NCBI GenBank assembly: GCA_023515725.1
Contig: JALDTO010000206.1
Coordinates: 1-64,000, forward strand
Reading direction: 5' to 3'
Origin: Amoeboaphelidium protococcarum X5
Taxonomy: Eukaryota > Fungi > Aphelidiomycota
Length of the DNA stretch: 64,000 bases
Translations under genes and position numbers: made by a program
Notes under the pieces: model-generated
The model's database searches: none
What the model was told of the DNA's origin: nothing
What the model saw: the letters and a program-made list of their open reading frames with translations, nothing else
Part shown: in pieces, positions 1-12,773 of the stretch
How positions within the stretch are numbered: the first letter of the stretch is position 1
How the letters are laid out: each line of letters begins with the position of its first letter

Positions 1-587
1 TATAATTGCTACTAATGTCGCTACCACGCATGCCTAGGATTAAGTTGGACCATGAAGAATCTTAAGACAATGAGTTGACCAAGAAGTTGGCCAGCATTGA
101 ATCAGTCACGTGAAAAGATGAGCCATCTAGAATGCGTCTATTGGTTTCCAACATACTGATATGAGCAGGGATGTTCGGTAAGCGACCTTACAATTTCACT
201 TACATTTCGTCAAACAATCTTGACAGGCTATTATCATTATTCTTGTTGTGGGCTAAGTTCCTTAAGATCTCCATCATCTAAAAGGAGTAATCACAACCAG
301 CAATCAATCCCTGCAAGTCAGGGTGCAAAAATTTACGGATCAATCCTCTACACCTCTCGTCCTTGTCCTACAATAAGTCAGTCCTCTAAATATAGGCAGC
401 TGCTGCAGCAACTTCTGCAGGGTCATTCTAATTGGACACCGTCAACAGCTCACCTTCTCTCGGAGAAAAAATAGTCCGCGAGAATCATACGACTGACTCC
501 CTTAATCTCCATCTCTCCCAGGATGCATTAATACCATGCTAAAAAGTCAGTGAACTACTTCAACTACTTGATGAAAGTCTCTCCCAT
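1..587 (-). mobile_element. Ty1/copia LTR-retrotransposon gag (runs off window edge; one frameshift)
   Basis: With TAR=Gln: MGETFIKQLKQFTDFLAWYQCILGEMEIKGV...QDKDERCRGLIRKFLHPDLQGLIAGCDYSFQMMEILRNL...IPAHISMLETNRRILDGSSFHVTDSMLANFLVNSLSQDSSWSNLI, which follows the copia gag (Retrotran_gag/UBN2-like) pattern. One extra base in the A6 run at 466-471 shifts the frame. No LTR or PBS could be confidently identified. Confidence 0.65.
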
Positions 588-1184
588 CTTGCTATAGACT
601 CTTAATCTTTTGAAATGTGGTTGGAAAGACTAATAAGAGATGATCAATATATTACTACTAAGTGGTGATCGTCAGATCAGCGAGAGATCAGCGAGCGGAT
701 CAACCTAAACTAGGAAGCACCGAAGTGGCGCAGGGATCAATATCGCTAACACACTGAATATCGAAATCACACGTCTTGCATAAGTGAGGCGGAAAAGTAT
801 CAGAAGACTTTATATAAACCTAAAGTTTCTTTTTAATAGTAGAGTGTGAAATCTGCAGCTGCGAGCCCAGCTTGTAAGAAATAAGAATAAGGTGATGATG
901 ATATCAAAAGATTAGCGCTAAAGTACACTAAGAAAATCGCGAAGAAGGAAAAGTAGATGTCACTGTAAAACCTGTTAGATAAGGTGGCAGATAAAATCTC
1001 TAGAAAGAGCTCTTAATAGCAATAGTCTAGTGATATCAAGTCTAAAATTCTCAAGATGATCCGCATTGACAGTCACAAGGAAGACGACTCTCTATTTAAA
1101 TTTGTGTGAGTGTGATATCCATCACGCTAGTTTTATCCATACCCTACGCGTCTTAAATTGATTGAAGTATTATATATATATATT

Positions 1185-3917
1185 TCATTTTGCCTTTTGT
1201 CTTTAGATTCTAAATGTTTTGGTATTGATCTGACCTACTAGCAATCTACTTAAGAGGAAGAGGATTATGCTGAATACTTCAAACAGACAAGCAATGACAA
1301 AGTGACTTATCGAAGTTCCAATCTCTAACCAACTGCCATCATCACGTACCAAGAAGAAGAAATTCAAAGTGACAACATCCGTAACAGAAAGACTGAGTAA
1401 GAACAGGGCGAACGGAGGTAAATCTAACGCTGCAGAGAGTACTCCAAAGACTGCGCTGAGAAGAGCAAACGGAGTCAATATTTTCAGTACCAGCAGCCCG
1501 CCCATGAGGAAGGGATTGAACGTAGTTGTAAGTCGATAAACAGACTGCAGTGTGAATGATGAGACGGAAGCTATATTTCCAGTGCCAAAGAATGCGACAT
1601 TGATAAAGAATAGAAACTGCAGAGCTAGAACCATGTCATGAAGATTGAGCTTCCTGTGAACTTGTAAGCTACTTTGCGAATTATCTGATTACGTTGCATC
1701 TACCTCCAGTTCAAGCTTATCGCCATGTAATAGTTTTTCCATTTCCAACCAGCAGAGAAGAGTCATAAAATACACAGCATAGAAAATAGACTCATAAGAG
1801 ATAGAGAAGGTGATCATGAGAGGGGAGAAAGTGAGGAACACTCTGACTAATTGCAATCTGTAGTTATTAACAGATTGACCATAAGACTTATATAAAGGCA
1901 GCAAAATGGATACCACTAAAATGAGCCATGAGCAAATCTAATTAAAATACGACAGTCCCGTCTTTGAATATAATCTATATACACTCCAATTGGTAAATAT
2001 AAGTGCCAAAGAGCTTAACACAATCTGAAAAGCTATAAGAGTATCTCGTGTACCGAATACTAACCACATGACACCAATTGATATGTGCATAACTCCTCCT
2101 AGAGTGAATAATAAAGCATTCTCCACCAACTGCGGTGACAATAAAGTAAATGACGAGGACAATACGCACAGAATCGGCCATGTATATCGCAGATAAGATG
2201 ACTATAGTCTGCTGGATGAATTAGATAGATAATATGCACCTAACCCGATAAAAAGCAAACTCAATACCACCCTATAGTGATAGCTCATGACTAAAAGCTC
2301 CAATATTATCAGATATCCAGCTCCATACGCGATCAATTATCCGCGAGATACACGTTAACTTAAATCCTAAACGGACCATTATATAACAGATTGATTCCTA
2401 AAAATCTATGACCAGAATATAACGGGAAATAGAGCATAAGCATAATACATTGGCGGTGACTACTTCATATAGAATATCACTGAGAATGGAAACATTCCCA
2501 GGGACGCCAAACTCCAATTATCAAATCGTGTTATCAGCTCATTATCCTTCCTTTGATAGACATACTTTTACAAGATGAACACAGCACTGAATATAATCCA
2601 GCCCAGATATCCAGCACTGATTATCGATCTAAGAAAGAACCAGTCATAAGTCTATAGATACCTGAGCCCTTCCAGCGATTTGGTCATAATCAACTCACAT
2701 AGTTGAATTGATTCATCGTATTCTTTACGCACTATCAACTAATCAATCTATTCAAATAGTTACAGAGCATATTCATCTGATAACTCAGAGAAAGCAACGA
2801 AGAAAGGCTCTCTCGAACGTCTCTGATCCTCTTTCACTCTATACATGGTATAGATTTAACGAGCATTAACAAGCATATGGGCAGCTTTTATTTGGTTGTC
2901 TGCTTATAGATATTCAATAGGCAATCGGCCAACCGAATTCACAGGATAATTTATTCCCAATAGACTCGCCATTAAAGGAGCGATATCCGCCTAATTCACA
3001 TCAATCAACTAATTTGGTTAATCTTGAATCCCAGCTCCCCATGCAAGTAGTGGAGTTTATGTATTATCAGGATGTCCATCACCATGAGATCCAAGTTCTC
3101 CCATACCATGATCCGCTGTGAATATATAAGCAGTCTTTTGGTCATGATTATAGTACTGGTCAAACCAAGTAGTGAAATTACGCAGTTACTTATCAACAAA
3201 TGTAATATTGTCCATATATTCATGTGAAGACGGTCTATGCGCATGACCATTAGTATCTATACCCAGGAGGTGCAGAAATATAACGAGACCATCTTGGTTC
3301 AGCAACTCTCTTAGAGTACTATTGGTGGAAGAATCCTTGTACAACTAAGCAACTTTATCAAATGAAAATTAATCCAACAATCGAGCATCATGCATACCGA
3401 AATCTTCATCATGAGCATCGTACATGCACATCTCACCACTCTTGAATATGAGTAGAATATCAGGACTGCCAAAACTGAATGCAGCTCGACTCTAATTGAA
3501 CACCGAATCAAATTCCACCGGATTCTCTTTCCAACCCTTCATTACCGCAGACACATCTTCATACAAGCCACCAATAATTGCCACATGACCAGGACGAGAT
3601 TCAGTGGGAACTCGAGTGTGACTGACGCCATGAGTGCCACAAGTAGAATAGATGCTTTTCAGAAATGGAGCATAGTCATAATCATACAGCTTATCAGCCC
3701 GGAGACCATCGGCAACAACTAGCACCAAGCGTTTGGCAGGAGCCTCCATAGAACCATGTTACTTGAATGCAGAAGAGTGCTCAGACAGAGATCTAATAGA
3801 GTATTACTACATTCCATGCACTATGGGACTCTTGAAGTAAATATCGAATATACTCCACAAGTACATAAAGTGAAACACCACACCAATGACCATCAATTAA
3901 AGAACTGGGTTCATCAT
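1185..3917 (-). CDS. MCD4: GPI ethanolamine phosphate transferase 1 (PIG-N/Mcd4), ~910 aa, apparently intronless
   Basis: N-term [55 protein letters not shown] and C-term FFGTGNIAS...[17 protein letters not shown] are all in one frame once TAA/TAG=Gln. Ends ...RIQRQKAK-TGA. Confidence 0.95.
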
Positions 3918-4042
3918 ACTATCATTAATGTCTTCACTTAAACAGGTATTCTTTAAAAGATATCAATACAAAACTCAATACTAAAACAGGTACAACTAAG
4001 GATTAGATAGATGATGGAATATGAGATTTGAGAAGAATAGCA

Positions 4043-4220
4043 CGGAGACATTTTCTCCGGGCTTGATTGAATTGGGAGAAATTTTCTCCGACGCAGACTT
4101 TGACTTCGCAGTTGCAGCGCGGCACTTTTAAATGATGTATACCTCAATAATACGCATATTCTGATGTGCCTAAACTATTTTCAGCTCGAGTATAAAGTTG
4201 TGTGACTCAGGACTGAGGCC
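4043..4220. repeat. Dispersed ~180-bp repeat (copy 1) with two 17-bp CGG-N11-CCG-type palindromes
   Basis: The reverse complement aligns closely, by eye, to 29862-30017. Palindromes CGGAGACATTTTCTCCG (4043-4059) and GGGAGAAATTTTCTCCG (4074-4090). Confidence 0.85.
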
Positions 4221-4638
4221 GAATGGGGTTTAAAACAGAAAATTTCATTACAGAATCGCGTTTTCCTCAAATTTTATCTCGCCCCACTCTTTCAGCATCA
4301 TTCTTACACAGAGCAGCAGCACAGGAACGGCTGGGCAGCTAGTCATGTCTCGATAGAACGATGAAACACTTTTTTGAGAAAGAGAAAGAGAGAGAGAGAG
4401 GAAGAGCGCGTTTCATCTTATGCAGACTTCATCCATCAGTGGTACAAAGTCGTTCGTTTCAAAAAAAAATTCTTCTTCTATTCCTTCAATGAAATTCATT
4501 CGCTCACTCAATTCTTTGCACTGGTGAGTGTATTGCATTGAATTCTCTCTAATCTGAAATTGCTGTCCACAGTTTTATCTAGTAAATTTAGCAAGCATTA
4601 AGAAAGGCATATTTGTCCAATTCTTAATCGAATCAAGT

Positions 4639-6420
4639 ATGTTGAAGGAGAAAGTTGTGACGCTGTATGAAAAGCTCTTGGACTGGGATGGAGATGCGCG
4701 GGATGGCGATTTTAATTATGATGATATGCTGCTCTGTCCGCCTAATATTGAAGCTTTGTAAAGTTTAATTATGAAAAAGTTCAACTCTTAGTCGGTTCTC
4801 AAGAGTAGATTTATCCATAATTTCATTTGGAAATGCATTAGTAAATTTGATCATCATTACTCACCAGTCTGCGTGCATTCTGTCTAGACTGTAATTGGCC
4901 TGTTGGAATGTGTGAAGATTTTCAAGTTTCATCACTTTAATTATGTGATTCAAGTTATTTTTGATACTGACAATCTGAGCTAGGAAGTTACATAACTACT
5001 CGTGGCTGTAAATAGGTACATCATTCGTGAAAAGTAGCTGTATTAAAATGCTGCCGAGTTGCTGCTGGCTATCCTTACTCTAACTCCTAATTAGAATGAG
5101 AATATCATAATTTAAGCCATGATATCTGCGCCTAATACTGAGCTCATAGTTGAAGCATTGAAATTGATATGCCTTGAAAGAGCCGACTAAATCGAGTAGA
5201 TTGGCTAGATTCGCTGGCTCAGTCTGGTTGGATTATTGATGCAATTCAGGGCTGATGAAGAACGAAATCAACTCAAGGATTATCTCTTTGGGAGGGAGAT
5301 TGAATCTTTAAATGAATCTATATTATCTCTAACTTTGGGCTTATTTAGCCTGATCTGCACCGGAAAGTCTCTTAATGGCTCAGATGCTGATTTGAGCGTA
5401 CAGAATACTAATCAAAGTTCACCTGCCGTGTCGCCTCTTAGTCCAGTTGTAGAGGGAATTACTGGCCTCATTGGCAGGATAATACCTGTTTTTGCTCCAC
5501 CATCAGTTGATTATAAAGATGCTTCTGTTGGATCGACGTCTGATTTGTGGTTCTCAAGTTCTCTGCTCGTTGTCTATGAACTATTGCATTCTTAGAATTA
5601 GTATTTTATTTAGAAATTTTAATAGTCTGATAACTAACTCGAAGACTTTATTCGTAGATTCTGTAACTATAACAAGTTAACGTATAAAAAGGGAGAGATT
5701 GGGAAGCTGAATATTCTTTTTATTCGTAATCTCTGCAGACATAAGCAATTGTTGAAGCCCCAGGTGATTATTAGCGTTTTTGATGCGCTCAAGTTGTACC
5801 TGAAATCATTCAATAAAAAGCGATTGCAGCTGTAAACTCAAAAAGTCGCTTTGGAATCATTTTTGTGTGTATTGTGCCAATTGAAGAATGTCCGACTGTA
5901 ATACGATTGGCTCTCATTGTACTCGACTGTATCCAAGTTTTTATAAATTGCTGTTTAAATTGATAAGATTGATCAAGAGATACTGGTATTGGCAGTGTAA
6001 ATATTGGATTACATTCTTACTCATGGCGACTCATTCCTACCTGATTCAATATCATATGATGGCCTTTACTATGAGATTATCAGAATGGGTACTCTGTATC
6101 GAAAGGTGGCTAATTTGCTCACTTCCACCAACCCGGCTGGAGGTGTCGTCAATATTAATGGTGGATAAGGTGGTGGAACGTGTAAAAATATTATTGCAAT
6201 TCTTGATTATTATGAACCGCTGGTGGCGAATAAGAGTTCAAGTGCATCTGATGGTGGAGTTACGGAGCAGGATATATACAATGTCATCCAAAGTAACTAT
6301 GATGGTGTCAGCCTGGTATAGTAGCCTTAGGTGTTGCAGTACACTCGGTACGTGGAATCTCAATACTCAACTCTCATCAAAAGCTATGTTCGCTATATTA
6401 TTACTATAAGGCATTCATGA
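4639..6420 (+). CDS. ARMH3: ARMH3/C10orf76 (DUF1741) armadillo-like helical protein, ~593 aa
   Basis: Starts MLKEKVVTLYEKL. C-terminal LTHGDSFLPDSISYDGLYYEIIR matches the family motif (FITYGDTFLP...YDELYYEIIR), followed by IYNVIQSNYD. Ends in TGA. Confidence 0.85.
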
Positions 6421-6539
6421 ATGTGACACGGCGATGTTTTTACTGCGATTAAACTCTTAAATGCCATGTCAGAGAAATGATGAAGATCAAACAGAATGAG
6501 TTATATATACAAGATCATTGCTAATTACTTCTTGACATA

Positions 6540-7034
6540 TCATTATTTAGTCTTTTAACGCTTCTTCTTACTTTAAAATATTAAAGGTGCAGATTCTATC
6601 ACAGCTTTGGTAGTTTTAACAGAGCTAATCTTGCCAGTCAGAAAATCATCAAAGTCAACAAGATCATCATCATCTTGTTCATGTTTAATCTTACTATTTT
6701 CAGACTGTCGTTTATTAATACTTTCAACCTATCTTTCGCGATCTTTATCTGTAAGCTGGAATAAATCCAAGTACCTGGTAAACGGATTAGCCAAGTATAA
6801 CCGCCATCGGATATCCATCGGTACTTTAACCAGATCTTTGGTGATATCCTACTGAGAACTTTAATACTGAATGCATTTTAAAGAGAGACGCGTCCATTAA
6901 GATTATTCGTTCAAATTGTCTCCAGATGACTGAGGCATAGTGGCATGTATGTACGAATATGCAGGTGTAATATCTTGAGGCAACTATATATCAAGCGATT
7001 CAAGATCCATAACTCTCAATGGATCTTTATACAT
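6540..7034 (-). CDS. Hypothetical protein, ~164 aa, acidic patch and basic C-terminus
   Basis: ATG-to-TGA frame under table 6 (MYKDPLRVMDLESLDIQLP...EQDDDDLVDFDDFLTGK...SKKKRQKTKQ) with protein-like composition. No family recognised. Confidence 0.5.
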
Positions 7035-8021
7035 AAAAATACTACCGGTATAGTACGAAATGTTAAAAACTGCCTATTGTAGTGATAGAGCAAGAATGGC
7101 GAATGAGAAGAGACAAGAGTTGATCAAGAGAAGAAATGAGCATCATCATTGGAGATATAAAAATCAATTAGTCTTCTAGTCACGCTCTTTCATTGCACGT
7201 TTATATTATTGATACTGACAGCCTTCCCATTCATGAAGTTCGTGATGACATTTGGCACGCTGTAGCACATTAGAACGCATACACTTGCTCCACTGCACAA
7301 AGTGGTGTGCACAGTAATCTCGGTATTCCACAGGCACCTACAGCCGGTCCATCTCTTCATTGCTAATTTACATTTCTACATTATTTATATAACAATTTGT
7401 AGTGCTAAAATTTTAGATTATCTGTGAGGGTGTGAAATAACTTACAAGGCATCTTAAATAAATGTATATTCCTATGGGTGTAATTAAAATCAAGTTCAAT
7501 GCAAAGGCGGTCAAGGAATAAAAAGGCGGGCGTTATAAGGTACGATTTGATAAAGCGAGCTAGGTAGTACTGTAATGAGGACTGAGTGGTATTAAAGATA
7601 TGTCAAGATTAAATTGTAAGAAAATTCAGTTCAAGCCTGGCTGGTAAGGCCAATAATGCCTTCTGATCGTATACAAATCTGATGATTGCCTCAATCAAAA
7701 TTCTCCGTTATCGGGCTCATATTTTGGTGGTTGCTGGCACAAAATGTCAGATCATTCTTCATGTAACATTCCTCTCTGGGTTAGGTGTTACATTGATTAT
7801 CTTCAAACTGCTGTGGCCAATGAGGACCATAGCCAAGCCGATGTCTTGAGTGGTTGAGTGTTGCTCTGATTGGCCCTCTCGTGATTAGATATTGAGACTT
7901 GAATCTATCTGCTATAGTAGAGAGCCAACAGTTTTAATTGATCTTCCTACTTAGTTCAACCGCGCCAATCTCCTATTTCTGCCGTGTCTGTTCCTATTAT
8001 ATTTGTTTATACCTTTCACTA

Positions 8022-9581
8022 ATGTTGGTCGCAATTCATAGTCTGCTTATCTTGTGCGGTGCGACGTTGGCACTGCCAGGATCCGATGCTGTGCTCAAGT
8101 GCCGTCTCAGAGACAATCAAGTTGCTGAGCATTCAAGTGGCGCTATCAATAGTCGAGACTGTTCGTCATTAACAATTACACCGACTCCTGTGCCTTCTAT
8201 CTCTGTTAATAATCTAAAGTCTACTTCTACCTGCGTGAGTGATACCAGTGCTGTAACAACTCGCACTGTTACTGATGCTACTTCTTCTGATTGTCGCTGC
8301 ATTCCCTCTGGTACCTCTATATTACCTTAGCCTTCCCGTTCTTAATCGAAGTAATTAACAGTCACGTAAAGCATGGTGATATCTCCGCCGATTACAATGT
8401 CATAAGGAACTCAACGCTTATTATCATCATCTTCATTATTATCAAGTGGCCATCCTACCTAAACTCCGTAATCTCACACGCTTCCTCATTAGCCCACCTC
8501 GTCAGTTTATCGCAATGTACCACCGTCGTCAATGTCTTCCATCTCATCACTGCCATCCTCCTCCGCTCGGACTAAAACTGTTTTATCCACGAGCAGTGTA
8601 ACTAAGAAGGGTCCCCTGCCTACCTCTACCTATTTCTCGAGGATGACGAATGAAACTCCAACGCGCAGTGTTACCAAGGGCGGTCCACAGTCTTCCTCTA
8701 CCTCTTCCTCGGGTATGACTAGCGAAACTCCAAAGTTACCTTCGAAAAGTACAAAGACAAAGTCGTTAACTGCCTCTAGTGTGATAACAAGTACTGCTAC
8801 CACTTAATCGGCGACGCGGTCACCCTCTGCTCCTGTCACAATGATATCTACTACAAGTCTTGCTCTTGTTACGCCTTCTCTTCAATCTCCACCCCCACCT
8901 TCTCCTCCGTCTCCGCGTCCACCGTCTCCTAATCCACCGCCTCCTCCCAAAACTACATCACCACCACCACGGCGTACGATTAATGGTAGAGATAGACGCC
9001 GCGGAAAGGGTGGTGGCTGTCCTCTAGTTTTCGATATGAATAAAGACGGTCAAGTCACGGCCAAAACTGGTGTCGGTATATCAACCGATAAATCTGATGT
9101 GTACAGGCGAGATGGTGGAGCGGTAGGAGGCGATAAAATGCTGGCAATGTCTGATCTGAACGCTAATGGTGCGATTGATATTGAAGACGTTTTTGGAAAC
9201 TTTACTATAAGTCCGTTCACTCTATCACCTTATAATGCCAAGAATGGGTTTGAAGCGTTGCATCTCCTAGCTCTGGATGTTGATCGGGATGAAAGGTGTC
9301 GAGGCTTACAAGCGGTCACTACTCAGGGAGAGGAAATCCTTGTGCATTTGATGGCGGTAAAGATATGCTTGAATTTGTATGGCCGTGATTTGGGCTTCAT
9401 AAGTGACAATAACATCAAGGTGCTTGAGCCGCTCGGTGACGCAATTACGGTTGATGTGGGCTAATATATCGAAACGCCTAATGACGTTCGTGATGGCATT
9501 ATCTATGGCTAGAAGGGTCATTATTACGATATTGCAGGACTCAAATAGGCTGTCATTGATGTTTGGTTCAATATGTTCTGA
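8022..9581 (+). CDS. Secreted Ser/Thr/Pro-rich stalk protein with C-terminal RTX/FrpC self-processing-module-like Ca-binding domain, 519 aa
   Basis: Signal peptide MLVAIHSLLILCGATLA, long S/T-rich and poly-Pro linker, RDRRR, then CPLVFDMNKDGQV...DKMLAMSDLNANGAIDIEDVFGN...KNGFEALHLLALDVD...VIDVWF-NMF-TGA. The frame was checked and has no TGA. Confidence 0.8.
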
Positions 9582-9720
9582 ATTCATTGTTACAAACAGT
9601 TTTCCCTAAATAATTTGTACATTTAATTTTGATTTCACTATTCTAGTAGTGTGATAAAGTTTCGAACGTTTTAAAATGAAGGATTAAACGATATCTAATC
9701 TTTTATTACAGTACTGACAC

Positions 9721-11541
9721 TCATTAACTGCTTCTGATTTTATGAGATGAACGAGAAGTCTTTTACTTTCCACTTACACAGATACATCTCTGCACAATTA
9801 GAAATATATATTGTATAGACATACTCAGGAATACAGCCAGAAAACCAACCACACCAGATTCAAACACTAACGGATCAATGCTGACCAAAGCCGGAACGTA
9901 CTTGACAACGTAATGTCGTAATAGTCTGATGGCATCTTTCAACAGTTGAATATAGTGATAATACGTGGATGGATCTGAGACCGCTGGCTTTCTAGACTTT
10001 TACTTTTTATTACTAACAGCGAATGGTTTATCTTGATTCATAAACTGCTCCACAGCAACTATAGACTCACTAATCCTGGCAAGAGTATTAAAAAATGCCA
10101 CAATATCCTCACGCCTAAGACCAAGTACTGTACTTTCTTAATCTTGTACCGATTTACTATCACCATCAGAACTGAATAAAACTTTCAAAGCAGTCCCAAT
10201 GCCGGTAGTCTAAACTTTACCCCAGAGGCGACACCTCTCACAACCGACACAGTTCATAATGAGTGAGATATTAATGAAATGCTATCTGAATTCCTCCTTT
10301 AAATCTTTGAATTGGCCTTCTTTTCTAAATAAGGCACTCTAATCAATGAACGGACCTTCACTCATCACAACAGACTGAATCTTGTCCAGAATAGCCATGG
10401 TCCTGACTTCCTCATGAATATCAGAGCCACAAAACTGATAATTCTATAATGTAGCCTTCATCTTATACAGAGCCTACAGAAGTATGGCTTGCAGATAATA
10501 CAAATTGTTCAAGCGATCTTCATGATTCCCAACTCTGTCCATAAAGCAAGCCTTATTCGGTTTCCACTGAGCAACCTCTTCCACACCGCCGTCTTCAGTG
10601 TTGTGCTTAACCTTATGATAGTAGTACTCATAACACAGGTGCGTAGATATCGAGGCATGAAGACCAGATATGACGCGGTAGAACATTCGCTTCTCAACAC
10701 ACAGCTCTTCAAGTCCCTACTCCATCTCATACGTCAGGGAATGGTCAGATTATTATGATGAGTACGGCTTTAACAAGTTATTAGCATTCATCAGTCCACC
10801 ATTCTTATTTGGTACGGGGTTAAGAGGTACACCGCCTGTCTTCTTCTTTTATTATTATTACTACTACTGTTAGCCATATAAAAACTTGAAGCAATTCTGT
10901 TCATACACTGCTGACCAAATGCTTCTAGCACCAAATCCACTATACCCAGTAAATCGCTCCGGATTTTAAACTAGATCAATATATTACAACTGCTGCTATT
11001 GTTATTTAGAGCCACCATTTTTGCTATTGGTTTTACCATCTCCGGAACTCTATTCTTTTCCCTGATTGCCACTAACTATACCAGAGGAATCAAAGTCTTC
11101 AGCAGCGTCCACCTCTATAGAAGCATCCAACTCGCAGAAATCCATCCTGGTATAATCACATTTTTACCTGAATGGGGAGTTGATGAAAGAACTTTTAGCT
11201 TCAAGATCTGACAATTTCTTCACAGTCTCGGAATCCAATTCAGTACTGACACTGCAGTCAGAGTTGCCACACTTGTCATGATTAGACATTTCCAATTGCT
11301 GGCTCAGATCAAATGGACATTTACCATTCAAGTTAATTCTGAAATATCTAAAGAAATCCATCTAAAGCAGGTCATCAGATAATACAGGTTAAATATGGGA
11401 GTTTATCGCTATTATATCCCTTCTTGAGATAAGAGTGTCTTTAATGAGAGAACTCCCACTGCACATCTTTGCAATAAAGCTCATCACCATGCATACAACC
11501 ACCAACATCTTTGATCTTCTTGTTATAACTGCTAAAATCAT
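9721..11541 (-). CDS. ERO1: ER oxidoreductin Ero1, ~606 aa (start may be 11508)
   Basis: [47 protein letters not shown] and [20 protein letters not shown] lie in a single frame that ends in TGA. Confidence 0.93.
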
Positions 11542-11735
11542 TATTATAGTTAAATACAATTTAAACAGGCAATAAGAGATCAAAATGACTCTAACTTAAT
11601 TAAATGGTGATCACTCAAAGTTGATGACAATTGTCGTCTTCAAACGAGGAAGAGAAACAGAAGCAATCAACTTTCCTTCCCGTTTAAGGCAAACAGAAGA
11701 TCTTACTCCAACAAGTTTATTAAGGTTGTCCAAGA

Positions 11736-12683
<948 letters not shown>

Positions 12684-12773
12684 ATATACTGCTTACAAGT
12701 AAAAATCGCTGCATATAATATCATCCTTTTATATTTATACCACCGTCATACTATCTTCATCATCATATTATCA

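Noticed and set aside
600-1160. Possible 5' LTR and primer-binding site of the copia gag
   Set aside because: No convincing TG...CA boundary with a tRNA-complementary PBS, and the partner LTR would lie outside the window.
9288-9308. The peptide DERCRGL occurs both in the SPM-like domain and in the copia gag (~341-361, minus strand)
   Set aside because: The codons differ and the flanks are unrelated, so it is treated as coincidence.
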